From: Parcubacteria group bacterium LiPW_41
GTDB lineage: Bacteria; Patescibacteriota; Minisyncoccia; UBA6257; GWB1-50-10
Direction of reading: 5' to 3'
DNA: 64,000 bases
NCBI GenBank assembly: GCA_007375535.1
Contig: VMEM01000005.1
Location: 7,469-71,468 of the forward strand
Of the stretch, positions 33,269 through 42,574 are shown piece after piece; the first letter of the stretch is position 1, and each line of letters begins with the position of its first letter. The position numbers and the translations under genes are program-made. The notes below the pieces were generated by a model that was given only the letters and a program-made list of their open reading frames with translations, was not told the DNA's origin and ran no database searches.

Positions 33269-35342
33269 AGGAGTTGTTGTTGATGTTAAAAATCCACAAG
33301 TTAATTATTCGTGGTCTGTTAAGCATGGAATAATAAATCTTCGTCATACTAGACTAAATTCAATTGGAAGAGGAAGCCGAATTAAATTTTTTGTTCGAGG
33401 AGCTGTCATTTTTGCTTCCTTTTTGTTTTTTGGTCTCGTTGCACACACATCATATACATTATATAAAGCAAAAGACGAAGCACGTGAAACTGGAGAACGA
33501 ATTGCGAGCAATATAAAATCTTCAGTAAATTCACTCCAATCTCTTGATTCCGCAGATGCAAAATCTGGATTTAGAAAAAATATAAACGAATTTAAAAATC
33601 TAGAGATGTCTTTTAATGGAAGCGGGGCGACGAAGATTATGAGCGCACTCGGAAGTATCATTCCAGTATTTAATGATGTGGGAACAGTACTGAAAAGCGC
33701 GGCACTGCTTAATACCAATTTTTTTATTCTTGCTGATTCTCTTGATACTCTAAAGAGAAATGGATTTTCGTATTTTCAATCTGACGGAGATGCACTGATA
33801 AAGACATTACAAGCGATTCAGGATTCGGTAAAAAATATTACTACAGACGCTGAAACAATAAAAAACGCAACAAATAAGCTGAAATCATTTTCTGATTCCG
33901 CAGAATTGATGGATAAAAACATCGCAGATATGTATCTTTCTCACAGTGCGGAATTATATCGTGCTGAGTCATTTTTAAATTCATTTATCACGCTTCTTAA
34001 TTCTGAAAATGAAAAGCATATACTTTTGCTATTCCAGAACCCATCAGAAATCCGTCCCGCAGGAGGATTCTTGGGAAGTTATGCTGATGTCTCATTTGCA
34101 AAAGGACAAATGATTGGAATGGATGTTCGTGATATTTATGATCCCGATGGTCAATTAGATATAAAAGTGGTTCCACCAAAAGAATTGCAAACAGTTACCG
34201 AAAAATGGGGAGCAAGGGATGCAAACTGGTTTCCAGATTTTAAGCTCTCTGCAGAAAATGTGATTTGGTTCTTGGAACAATCAAAGATATATTCAGAAAA
34301 AGATGTAAAGTTCGATATGGCAATTGCGATAAATATTGAGGTGGTTGAATCTCTCATTGAACTCACGGGACCTATCGCACTTCCCGAATACAACCTAACA
34401 ATTTCTAAGGAAAATTTCTTGAAGGAAGTACAGCGTGAAGTTGAAGCGGGAAACGATAAAAAAACAAATGGACAACCAAAAACAATATTAAAGAAGCTTG
34501 CCCCAATTCTTATTGAACGATTAAAAACGCTTAATGACTCACAAAAGGAAATGCTTATTGCGAATTTAGACGCACACGCCGAACAAAAAGATATCATGGT
34601 GTATGCAAAAGATCCTTCGATTCAATCATTTGTACACACATATAATCTTGATGGATCGCTCTATGATATTCCAAGTAATTTTTTTGGGTCATATCTTTCG
34701 GTTATCAACACAAATGTTGCGGGAGGAAAAACTGATGCATTTGTTAGTCAGGCAATTGAGGCGACAATACATATTGATACGAGTGGATCACTCCTTAGTG
34801 ATGTTTCGATAACTCGAAAGCATTCGGGCGGTGACCAGCGTGATCCTTGGTGGAATGTTGATAATAAAAATTATATTCAAATATATACAAATCCAGGCTC
34901 ATCACTTGTTTCTCTCACTGGAAACTCGGTTAAAAAAATAAAATCTTCTTTTGATTATTCGGCAAGTGATTTTATTAAGCGCGATGAATTGAAAAAAATT
35001 GAAGACACAAAAGTATTTCTAACTGAATGGAATGCGTGGGTATTCTCTGCATTCCAAAAAACAGGATTTGGTTCATGGTTCTTTGTATCTCCGAAAGAAT
35101 CACGCACAATCTCCTTCAGATACCACACCGATAATGGAATTGGCTCTGGGCCGAAAGAGGGAGCAATCTACGAATTCTACTATGATAAACAGTCAGGGGT
35201 TTCTAACTCACTTGCAGTTTCAGTAAATGCACCAATTGGATTTATGTGGAAAGAAACAAACACTCCAGTTTTAACATATCAGGTTGATGACGCAAAAGGA
35301 TTTGAAAAGTTTTCTGGAACACTCATCCGTTCCTCCCGTTAG
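33237..35342 (+). CDS. Large exported protein with DUF4012-like core (N-terminal signal anchor).
   Basis: FQNPSEIRPAGGFLGSYADV motif characteristic of DUF4012. In-frame ATG overlaps upstream GT4 gene by 32 nt. Confidence 0.55.
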   Translation: MQDRVPIKNVEGVVVDVKNPQVNYSWSVKHGIINLRHTRLNSIGRGSRIKFFVRGAVIFASFLFFGLVAHTSYTLYKAKDEARETGERIASNIKSSVNSLQSLDSADAKSGFRKNINEFKNLEMSFNGSGATKIMSALGSIIPVFNDVGTVLKSAALLNTNFFILADSLDTLKRNGFSYFQSDGDALIKTLQAIQDSVKNITTDAETIKNATNKLKSFSDSAELMDKNIADMYLSHSAELYRAESFLNSFITLLNSENEKHILLLFQNPSEIRPAGGFLGSYADVSFAKGQMIGMDVRDIYDPDGQLDIKVVPPKELQTVTEKWGARDANWFPDFKLSAENVIWFLEQSKIYSEKDVKFDMAIAINIEVVESLIELTGPIALPEYNLTISKENFLKEVQREVEAGNDKKTNGQPKTILKKLAPILIERLKTLNDSQKEMLIANLDAHAEQKDIMVYAKDPSIQSFVHTYNLDGSLYDIPSNFFGSYLSVINTNVAGGKTDAFVSQAIEATIHIDTSGSLLSDVSITRKHSGGDQRDPWWNVDNKNYIQIYTNPGSSLVSLTGNSVKKIKSSFDYSASDFIKRDELKKIEDTKVFLTEWNAWVFSAFQKTGFGSWFFVSPKESRTISFRYHTDNGIGSGPKEGAIYEFYYDKQSGVSNSLAVSVNAPIGFMWKETNTPVLTYQVDDAKGFEKFSGTLIRSSR

Positions 35343-35436
35343 AAGAAGTTTTATTTGAGATTTTCTTATCTCCAACTTAAAACTTTTGAGTTTTGTGCTT
35401 GTGGGTTTTCGATTATTTAGGTAAGGTAGAACAAGA

Positions 35437-37257
35437 ATGAAAGAGATAAGAAATTTCGTTATTATTGCTCATATTGACCACGGAAAAAGTACGCTCGCTG
35501 ATCGGCTTCTTGAGGTTACTGGAACGGTTGAAATGAGAAAAATGAAGGCTCAATATCTTGATCAACTCGATCTTGAACGCGAACGGGGAATTACCATCAA
35601 AATGGCTCCTGTCCGAATGGATTATGAGTGGAAGGGGAAACAGTATATTTTGAACCTTATTGATACTCCAGGACACTCTGACTTTTCATATGAGGTATCT
35701 CGTGCACTTGAAGCAGTTGAAGGAGCAATTCTTTTAGTTGATGCAACACAAGGAATTCAAGCACAAACACTTGCGAATTTCCGACATGCAAAAGCAGCGG
35801 GACTTACGATAATTGGAGCTCTAAATAAGATTGATTTTTACAAAGATCACAATGGAGTTATTGATTACAACAATGATCGAGTAAAAATGATGCGAATGGA
35901 ACTATCAGAACTTATCGGGTGCAGCGAAGATGAGATTTATTACGTATCAGGAAAAACGGGAGATGGAGTAGACACACTTCTTCATGCACTCATCGAAAAA
36001 GTACCTCAGCCAAAAAAATCAACGCATCCATTTGGACGAGCACTTATTTTTGATTCTTTCTACGATGATCACAAAGGAGTTGTTGCAAGCGTCCGAATGA
36101 TTGATGGAGGAATTTGTGGTACCGATGAAATTCATCTTATTGCGCGAAACATTTCATCAAAGATTAAAGAAGTGGGATATTTTTCACCGCAATTAAAAAC
36201 ACTTCCACCACCCCAAAAGATCACCGCGGGAGAAATTGGATATATCGCAACAGGGATTCGAGATCCAGAAAAAGTTACCATTGGAGACACGGTAATTGTG
36301 GGAGATGTCCGTGACTATGAACAATATATGCTCCATGGATACAAGGAGGCAATGCCCGTAGTTTTCGTTTCATTTTACCCAGAAGAAAGTGATGACTACG
36401 AGTCACTTACAAAGGGACTTCAAAAACTAAAATTGAACGATTCCTCGCTTTCAATTGAGCCCGACCAAAATGAGGTGCTTGGTCGTGGGTATAAAGTTGG
36501 CTTTCTTGGACGACTACATTTTGAAATTATCGCAGAACGTCTACGACGTGAGTTCAATGCTCCAACAGTAAATACATTTCCTTCGGTGTTGTATAAGGTA
36601 AAACAAAAGGGAAACTGGATCTCAATTGTTAAACCTGAAGAACTCCCACAAGAGTATGACGAGATTTGGGAACCAATGATTCGATTGGATGTAATTGTGC
36701 CAAGTGAATACCTCTCAAGTATGTTGGGACTTCAGCGAATGTTTCGAATGTCTGAGGTACACACTGAAACGCTAGCAGATAGAGTACGAATTACAGCACG
36801 AATGCCACTCTCTGAACTTATCAGTGATTTTGACGATCAAATAAAGTCCTCAACAAAAGGAATGGCTTCATTCAGCTATGAATTCGAAAATTATGAGAAA
36901 ACAGATGTAATCCGCGTTGATGTGCTAGTAACCCATGAACTAATTCCAGGACTTTCTCGCTTCCTTCCAAAGGATAGGGCAGAATATGAAGCTCGACAGA
37001 TGGCGGGACGACTTAAGGAACTTCTTCCTCGCGAGCAGTGGAACCAACCAATTCAAATCCAAGCCGATGGAAAAATTATTGCACGTGAAGATATACCAGC
37101 AATGAGAAAGGAGCTTGGAAACTTTGGTAAAAATGGAGGAGATCGAACACGAAAAATGAAATTGTGGAAAAAGCAACAAAAAGGAAAAAAACGAATTGCA
37201 GAACGTGCTCGAGTAGACATCGCCCCAGAAGTTTTCAAAGAACTCCTCAAACGTTAA
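35437..37257 (+). CDS. lepA: Elongation factor 4 (LepA).
   Basis: NFVIIAHIDHGKSTLADRLL, DTPGHSDF, NKID; length about 600 aa with basic C-terminal tail. Confidence 0.9.
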   Translation: MKEIRNFVIIAHIDHGKSTLADRLLEVTGTVEMRKMKAQYLDQLDLERERGITIKMAPVRMDYEWKGKQYILNLIDTPGHSDFSYEVSRALEAVEGAILLVDATQGIQAQTLANFRHAKAAGLTIIGALNKIDFYKDHNGVIDYNNDRVKMMRMELSELIGCSEDEIYYVSGKTGDGVDTLLHALIEKVPQPKKSTHPFGRALIFDSFYDDHKGVVASVRMIDGGICGTDEIHLIARNISSKIKEVGYFSPQLKTLPPPQKITAGEIGYIATGIRDPEKVTIGDTVIVGDVRDYEQYMLHGYKEAMPVVFVSFYPEESDDYESLTKGLQKLKLNDSSLSIEPDQNEVLGRGYKVGFLGRLHFEIIAERLRREFNAPTVNTFPSVLYKVKQKGNWISIVKPEELPQEYDEIWEPMIRLDVIVPSEYLSSMLGLQRMFRMSEVHTETLADRVRITARMPLSELISDFDDQIKSSTKGMASFSYEFENYEKTDVIRVDVLVTHELIPGLSRFLPKDRAEYEARQMAGRLKELLPREQWNQPIQIQADGKIIAREDIPAMRKELGNFGKNGGDRTRKMKLWKKQQKGKKRIAERARVDIAPEVFKELLKR

Positions 37258-37343
37258 TTAAAAAAATAGCATCATTGAAACCTGCCTGCCGGTAGGCGGG
37301 TTTGTAAATTATAAATTGAAATTGGTTATGTTATTCTAATATT

Positions 37344-37616
37344 ATGAGTCAATATCTCATAAATAAGATGGAGCAAGCACCTAATCGACACGTCATTATT
37401 TTGCTCTTATCAGCTGCTTTTATATTGGCTCAATTTATTGTTGAACTTATTATTGTTTCGTTTTTCATAAACATCATCCCAAGCACGGGAACCTTTTTAT
37501 ATGCACATCAGTGGATTTTTGGAATTGTTCATATGATATTTACAGTAATTCTCTTGTGGTTTGCGGGAAAATGTGGAGATAACTATTGCAATCATTTTAA
37601 AAAAACTAGCAATTAA
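37344..37616 (+). CDS. Small membrane protein (90 aa).
   Basis: Two or three hydrophobic helices. Confidence 0.4.
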   Translation: MSQYLINKMEQAPNRHVIILLLSAAFILAQFIVELIIVSFFINIIPSTGTFLYAHQWIFGIVHMIFTVILLWFAGKCGDNYCNHFKKTSN

Positions 37617-37900
37617 TGAAATTTTGGAAAATTCTCATTCTGTGTGTGTTAATGATATTCCTCGGATGGGGTATTTTTAATCTCGAAAAAGAAAAGCGCG
37701 AAATGGAGCGAGAATATATAAAAATAAAGGAGGTAACAGACAAACTAACAGAAGAAAACAGAAAGACAAGAGAACAGGTTGAATACTATAAAAATCAAGA
37801 GAATCTCTTGAAAGCTTCTCGTGAACAGTTTAATCTAAAGAAAGAAGGGGAGACGTTGATGATCATTGTCCCAAAAACAACCTCATCAACCCCGCGATAA
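37616..37900 (+). CDS. FtsB/DivIC/FtsL-like septum formation initiator (single TM plus coiled coil).
   Basis: N-terminal TM followed by heptad-like coiled coil; topology only. Confidence 0.45.
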   Translation: MKFWKILILCVLMIFLGWGIFNLEKEKREMEREYIKIKEVTDKLTEENRKTREQVEYYKNQENLLKASREQFNLKKEGETLMIIVPKTTSSTPR

Positions 37901-37904
37901 AAAA

Positions 37905-37975
37905 GTGGAATTGGTTCAGTGGCAGAATGCGACCTTCCCAAGGTTGAGACACGGGTTCGATTCCCGTATTCCGCA
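37905..37975 (+). tRNA. tRNA-Gly (anticodon CCC).
   Basis: Manual cloverleaf: acceptor GTGGAAT/ATTCCGC, anticodon stem CGACC/GGTTG with loop TTCCCAA, T arm ACGGG-TTCGATT-CCCGT. Confidence 0.75.
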
Positions 37976-38203
37976 CAAAATAAAACGAACTGTAATAAGT
38001 TTGTTTTTTTGTAGGGAATCGAACCGAAGGCGTACAATAATAAGGAGTGGAACACGACTATATTATTGTAGCGTCTCGACCAAAGGGAGAGGCGATTCCC
38101 GTATTCCGCACAGTTAAAGTTTTAAATTTAGAACTGAGTTATTCACTCCCTTTCTTGCTGAGAAGGGGAGTGTTATACTAATAAAAAAGCCACACTTCAT
38201 AAT

Positions 38204-38232
38204 ATTGACTTTTGGCTAAAGTCGTTGTATAA
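38204..38232 (+). promoter_or_regulatory. Consensus sigma-70 promoter TTGACT-17-TATAAT.
   Basis: Exact hexamers with 17-nt spacer 22 nt upstream of ATG at 38254; preceded by a 9-bp hairpin. Confidence 0.6.
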
Positions 38233-38253
38233 TACAACTAATAAAAATTATCT

Positions 38254-38571
38254 ATGGATAACACAACCCTTCAAAACCTTTTGTCGATAAACCTTTTTGA
38301 GAAGCTCGGAATCGAGAATCTTTCTCCTGAAGAAAAATTAGTGTTTGTTGAAAAAATGGGTGAAGCAATCCAAGGACGTATTTTACTTCGTGTTTTAAAG
38401 GAACTCCCAGAAGAAAAGAAAGAAAAAGTTGAAGCAGCACTTTCTGATACTGCTGATTTTGATTCATTGTTGTTGGCGATTGCTCAAGTACTTCCAAATT
38501 ACGAAGAAATAATTAAAGAAGAGGTAGCAACCTACAAAGAAGAAGTTATCGCACGATACAATCAGCAATAA
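38254..38571 (+). CDS. Hypothetical protein (105 aa).
   Basis: Consensus TTGACT-17-TATAAT promoter 22 nt upstream. Confidence 0.5.
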   Translation: MDNTTLQNLLSINLFEKLGIENLSPEEKLVFVEKMGEAIQGRILLRVLKELPEEKKEKVEAALSDTADFDSLLLAIAQVLPNYEEIIKEEVATYKEEVIARYNQQ

Positions 38572-38576
38572 AGACC

Positions 38577-41500
38577 ATGCCAGAAAAGCCTCCAAAAAAA
38601 CCAATTGATAGTGCAGCTAAGAAAGAAAAGAACAAAGATAAACACGATTGGGAATCACTTGAGAGTATTGAAAATGAAATAAAAGGACTTGATAGATTGT
38701 TTTCAAATAAGAAGCGTGTAAGCGAACTTCCACCTGAGGAATTTAAGAGGCTTTCTGAAAAACACATTGAATTAAAAAGAAAAAGAGATTCACTAAAAGA
38801 GTACGACGAATACTTTAATACAGAACCTGCCCCATATATGGAAAAAAATATAGATATCAAAAAACCAGTAACCCCCAAGGATCAACTTAAAATTCCAAAA
38901 GGAATGGAGAATTTTAATGAAGAAAAAGTTGAAATTGGCCCATTCGAAAATATTGATAAAAGTCCGGACGCCTTACCACACACCGCTCAATGGACTGGCG
39001 GGGTTGAAGTGTTAAATAAGAAAAACGAAGAAGAAAAGCAAGAACCTCCAGAATTCTATAAAAATTTCTTAAATGAGAAAACTAAATTAGACGAAATAAA
39101 AAAACCAGAAGCCGAAACCGGTCCTGGTGAATTTGTTGAGCGTCTTATGAATAATGCCGAAGAAAAAGCTGATTCAGCACAGGAAATGCCGAGACCACAA
39201 AGCATGTCGCAAGTTATAAATGAGGTATATCCTCAACTTAATAACGAAAGTGCTTCCAGTGCTCCTATAGAACCTCCTGTTCTCCTTCATGAAGAGCCTC
39301 AACCAGTTGCAAATCAACAAACCCCAGAACAAGGAAACAGAATCCGCGTCACGGTAGAAGGAATAAATGAGCCTAGACAAGAAAGAAACCAGCCACCAAC
39401 TCCAGAAGTTGTCAACGTAGTAAATCCAGAAAACAATCCTGTAATGGAACAACAGAGGAATTTGAGTATGGAAGATCGTCGAAGAGCAAGAACCGAACAG
39501 GCATTACGAGAAATTCCAGAAGCAGATATTCGAAAACTTATCTTTCAAATCAGTAGCAAAAATATGAATGCAACTGAAGTTCCACCTGATTTTGAAATTG
39601 GAAACCACCAAGACATTATTAATTCCGCAGCCCTCTTTTTACTAGATAAGAAAGCCTTTAATGACCAATGTTCAAAGATGAAGGCGCTAAGCAATAAAAC
39701 GGAAGCGGAAAAAACTGCGAAAAACGAAGCAAGAATTTGGCGTGAAAACTACGACAAATCACTCGGAAGATCACTCGATAGATTGAAATTGTCACTACAT
39801 GAAAAATTCGTAAATGAAAAAGGAGAAATGCTAAGGAATACAGGCAATTTTTCTGATGAAGAAATTCGGGAAATGCTGAAAAAAGAAAGTTTGGAATATG
39901 ATGCGCGCGTCATCTTTCGACTTGCTGGTCCTCTTGAAACCGAAATTTGCAAATCTCGTGCTGAGTCTGAACTCTCAGAAAAAGATATGAAATTGTGGCA
40001 GAAAGGACTCGCGAAATATCGAGAGCTTCCACAATGGAAACGTCTCGGAATATCCGTTGCTCTTTCTGCTGGTATTGGTGCTGGTGTTGTGTTTGCTGGG
40101 ACTGGAGCAATTGCTGCTGCAGCAACAGTTGGAGTCGCAAGAGCAGGACGGACACTTGCGGGTGGTTCACTCTCTGCGGCACTTCGTGGTGTTTCTGAAT
40201 TTGTTCTTGGAAAGAAATATAATAAAAAGCGTGAAGCAGAGCTCAGTGCGGGAGAATTAGAAACACTAAGAAAACTTGAAGCTCAAACAACAGCATGGGA
40301 ACAAGCAGGACAGGAATGGGAGCAAAGCGAAGAAAAGAAATTAAAGTTAATGCGAATCGTAGATGAGTCTGCAATTGATACAAACACAAAACTTGCAGTC
40401 ATCAGTGCAAAAGAAAATAAATCAAAACGTATTGCAACTATAGTAAGTGGACTCATTGGCGGTGGAACAGTCCTTGGTTTGTCGACCGATTGGGATGCGC
40501 TACTTTCAGGTAGTGGCACAGGAGAAGTAGGAAAACACTTGGTTCCGCCAAATGCTCCAGGGTCACATATTGAAGATCTTGCAGTTGCACACAAAGGGGA
40601 TTCTGTGTGGACTTTAATCGATGAAAACGCAACAAAGATAAAAGGATTTAATGAATTAAACGAAGCACAGAAAACTTACTTCATCGACCACCTCAAAGAT
40701 CAGGTTGCAGCAGATCCACAAAAATTTGGACTTGAAAATGCAGATCAAATAAAAATTGGGTATGGAAAAGAACTCGGTCAATTGTTTGAAAACAACCAAG
40801 ATATTCAAAGTACACTTGAATCAGCAAAACATCTTACAAAAGGACAGATGGATAGCATTATGCATTCAAATGCAGCACAACGTGCAGCGCTATTTGAATC
40901 AATGAAACCAAAAATTCCTACTGAAGCCACCGGAGTAGAAACAAACGCATCTGCCAACGCAGATATTGTTGAGGTAGACGGAACTGAAGTTGGAGGAAAA
41001 GTGACGCTCAATAAGGTAATTGAGGGCGTTGATCCATATGGTGTAAAGACGCAAACTGAAATTCCCGCCGAACTTATGCAAGATAAGGAGCTCGCACAGT
41101 CATACATGAACTACAAAGGAAATCCAAACTTCGTAGCGGGAAGTCAAACACAGGAATGGGCACAACAAAATGGTGCAGAAAATTTGGTAAAACTTACCGA
41201 ACAACACCCTGAATATCTTAAAATTGAAGCAGTCCGTAATGCACTTCGCGAAATTCACACAAATAATCTTATTGAAGAACTTCACGAAGGGGGAGCGTTT
41301 AAATTCATAAATAGTGCCGATCACGCTGATTTATTGAATGAAGTAAAAGGATTGGCTCGAACATACGGATTCGATTCATATAGAGCGGATTCGTTTGCAG
41401 ATTATGTTTCACAAACAAACGAAATGAATGAGGAAACATTTACTCCATTCATCGACAATACCTCAGGTTCATTCCTTTCTGATAAATTTTACGAATCAGC

Positions 41501-41744
41501 TCAACACTTTAACGACCTTGCAAAATCGGTGACTCCACCTGAGATTCCAGAAGGAGCGACCTCATCAATTTGGGAACCGCGCTTGCTTTCGCCAGCCAAT
41601 GGCGGAGAACCAATCATTGGACTCGTACGACAAGCATCTCCTAATATGTTTGAACTTAAGATCCCAACGGGAACTGTTAGCTCAGGGCTCAGCTACGACA
41701 CTATTGAAAAAATGATTGTGAAGCCACCAAGTGTTCAAAAATAG
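38577..41744 (+). CDS. Giant low-complexity protein (1055 aa): E/K/P/Q-rich N-terminal half, central Gly/Ala-rich TM segment, C-terminal globular region.
   Basis: Uninterrupted ORF; LGISVALSAGIGAGVVFAGTGAIAAAATVGVA hydrophobic segment. Confidence 0.55.
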   Translation: MPEKPPKKPIDSAAKKEKNKDKHDWESLESIENEIKGLDRLFSNKKRVSELPPEEFKRLSEKHIELKRKRDSLKEYDEYFNTEPAPYMEKNIDIKKPVTPKDQLKIPKGMENFNEEKVEIGPFENIDKSPDALPHTAQWTGGVEVLNKKNEEEKQEPPEFYKNFLNEKTKLDEIKKPEAETGPGEFVERLMNNAEEKADSAQEMPRPQSMSQVINEVYPQLNNESASSAPIEPPVLLHEEPQPVANQQTPEQGNRIRVTVEGINEPRQERNQPPTPEVVNVVNPENNPVMEQQRNLSMEDRRRARTEQALREIPEADIRKLIFQISSKNMNATEVPPDFEIGNHQDIINSAALFLLDKKAFNDQCSKMKALSNKTEAEKTAKNEARIWRENYDKSLGRSLDRLKLSLHEKFVNEKGEMLRNTGNFSDEEIREMLKKESLEYDARVIFRLAGPLETEICKSRAESELSEKDMKLWQKGLAKYRELPQWKRLGISVALSAGIGAGVVFAGTGAIAAAATVGVARAGRTLAGGSLSAALRGVSEFVLGKKYNKKREAELSAGELETLRKLEAQTTAWEQAGQEWEQSEEKKLKLMRIVDESAIDTNTKLAVISAKENKSKRIATIVSGLIGGGTVLGLSTDWDALLSGSGTGEVGKHLVPPNAPGSHIEDLAVAHKGDSVWTLIDENATKIKGFNELNEAQKTYFIDHLKDQVAADPQKFGLENADQIKIGYGKELGQLFENNQDIQSTLESAKHLTKGQMDSIMHSNAAQRAALFESMKPKIPTEATGVETNASANADIVEVDGTEVGGKVTLNKVIEGVDPYGVKTQTEIPAELMQDKELAQSYMNYKGNPNFVAGSQTQEWAQQNGAENLVKLTEQHPEYLKIEAVRNALREIHTNNLIEELHEGGAFKFINSADHADLLNEVKGLARTYGFDSYRADSFADYVSQTNEMNEETFTPFIDNTSGSFLSDKFYESAQHFNDLAKSVTPPEIPEGATSSIWEPRLLSPANGGEPIIGLVRQASPNMFELKIPTGTVSSGLSYDTIEKMIVKPPSVQK

Positions 41745-41840
41745 AAATTCCAATAAAGCCCCACTTAAGTGGGGCTTTATTTTAGTGGACAAATTCTCAA
41801 AAAAGTGATAAAATATTTCTAGTACATTAAAGGAGTAAAT

Positions 41841-42530
41841 ATGCAGAAATTTATGGAAGGAATCTACGAATCACTTAATCGTGGTCTCGCGAACCGTATC
41901 CGTCCATATGCGTTGAGTACTCGTGAATGGATAAGAAGGAATCGAGAGCGACGAGAAGACAAAAGGGAAGAATTGATAACAAAAATTCTCAATTGGAGCG
42001 TCCAAGGAGAAGCAATCGCTACAGTTCCAAACCTTTTATCACTTTTACGGCCATTTCTAGTTGCAATTGCGATGATAATGCAAACATATGGAGTTCCGTG
42101 GTATTTTGTCTCTCCGCTAATAATTATTGCTCTTCTCACCGACAAATTTGACGGTGCATGGGCAGAAATTGATGGACACACTGCATTCGGAGAATTTCTT
42201 GATCCACTGTGCGATAAAATTTCTCTTGTAATTATGGTTATTCCATTTTTAGGAGAACTTTGGCACTGGGTCATCTTTCCAATGATTGGAATAGAACTCT
42301 CATTGTTAATCATCGCATTGGTAGGTTTCACACTCCAAGGATTAAAGAAGAAAGAAAATACAAACTTTCGTGCTAATATCTTTGGAAAAGTAAAATTCTC
42401 TCTCCAAGCAATTGGAATTATTCTCATTGCTTTTAATCAAATATTTTTTGCTAACATTGTATTTGGAATTTCAATTCCATTTGCTCTTGCGAGCATTGCA
42501 ATGAAAGCATACACCCTTTCAAAACCCTGA
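41841..42530 (+). CDS. CDP-alcohol phosphatidyltransferase family membrane protein.
   Basis: DKFDGAWAEIDGHTAFGEFLDPLCDK approximates D-G-x2-A-R-x7/8-G-x3-D-x3-D; multiple TMs. Confidence 0.5.
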   Translation: MQKFMEGIYESLNRGLANRIRPYALSTREWIRRNRERREDKREELITKILNWSVQGEAIATVPNLLSLLRPFLVAIAMIMQTYGVPWYFVSPLIIIALLTDKFDGAWAEIDGHTAFGEFLDPLCDKISLVIMVIPFLGELWHWVIFPMIGIELSLLIIALVGFTLQGLKKKENTNFRANIFGKVKFSLQAIGIILIAFNQIFFANIVFGISIPFALASIAMKAYTLSKP

Positions 42531-42574
42531 TTTTCAGGGTTTATTTTTTTCTTAAAATATTGCACAATAGAAAT

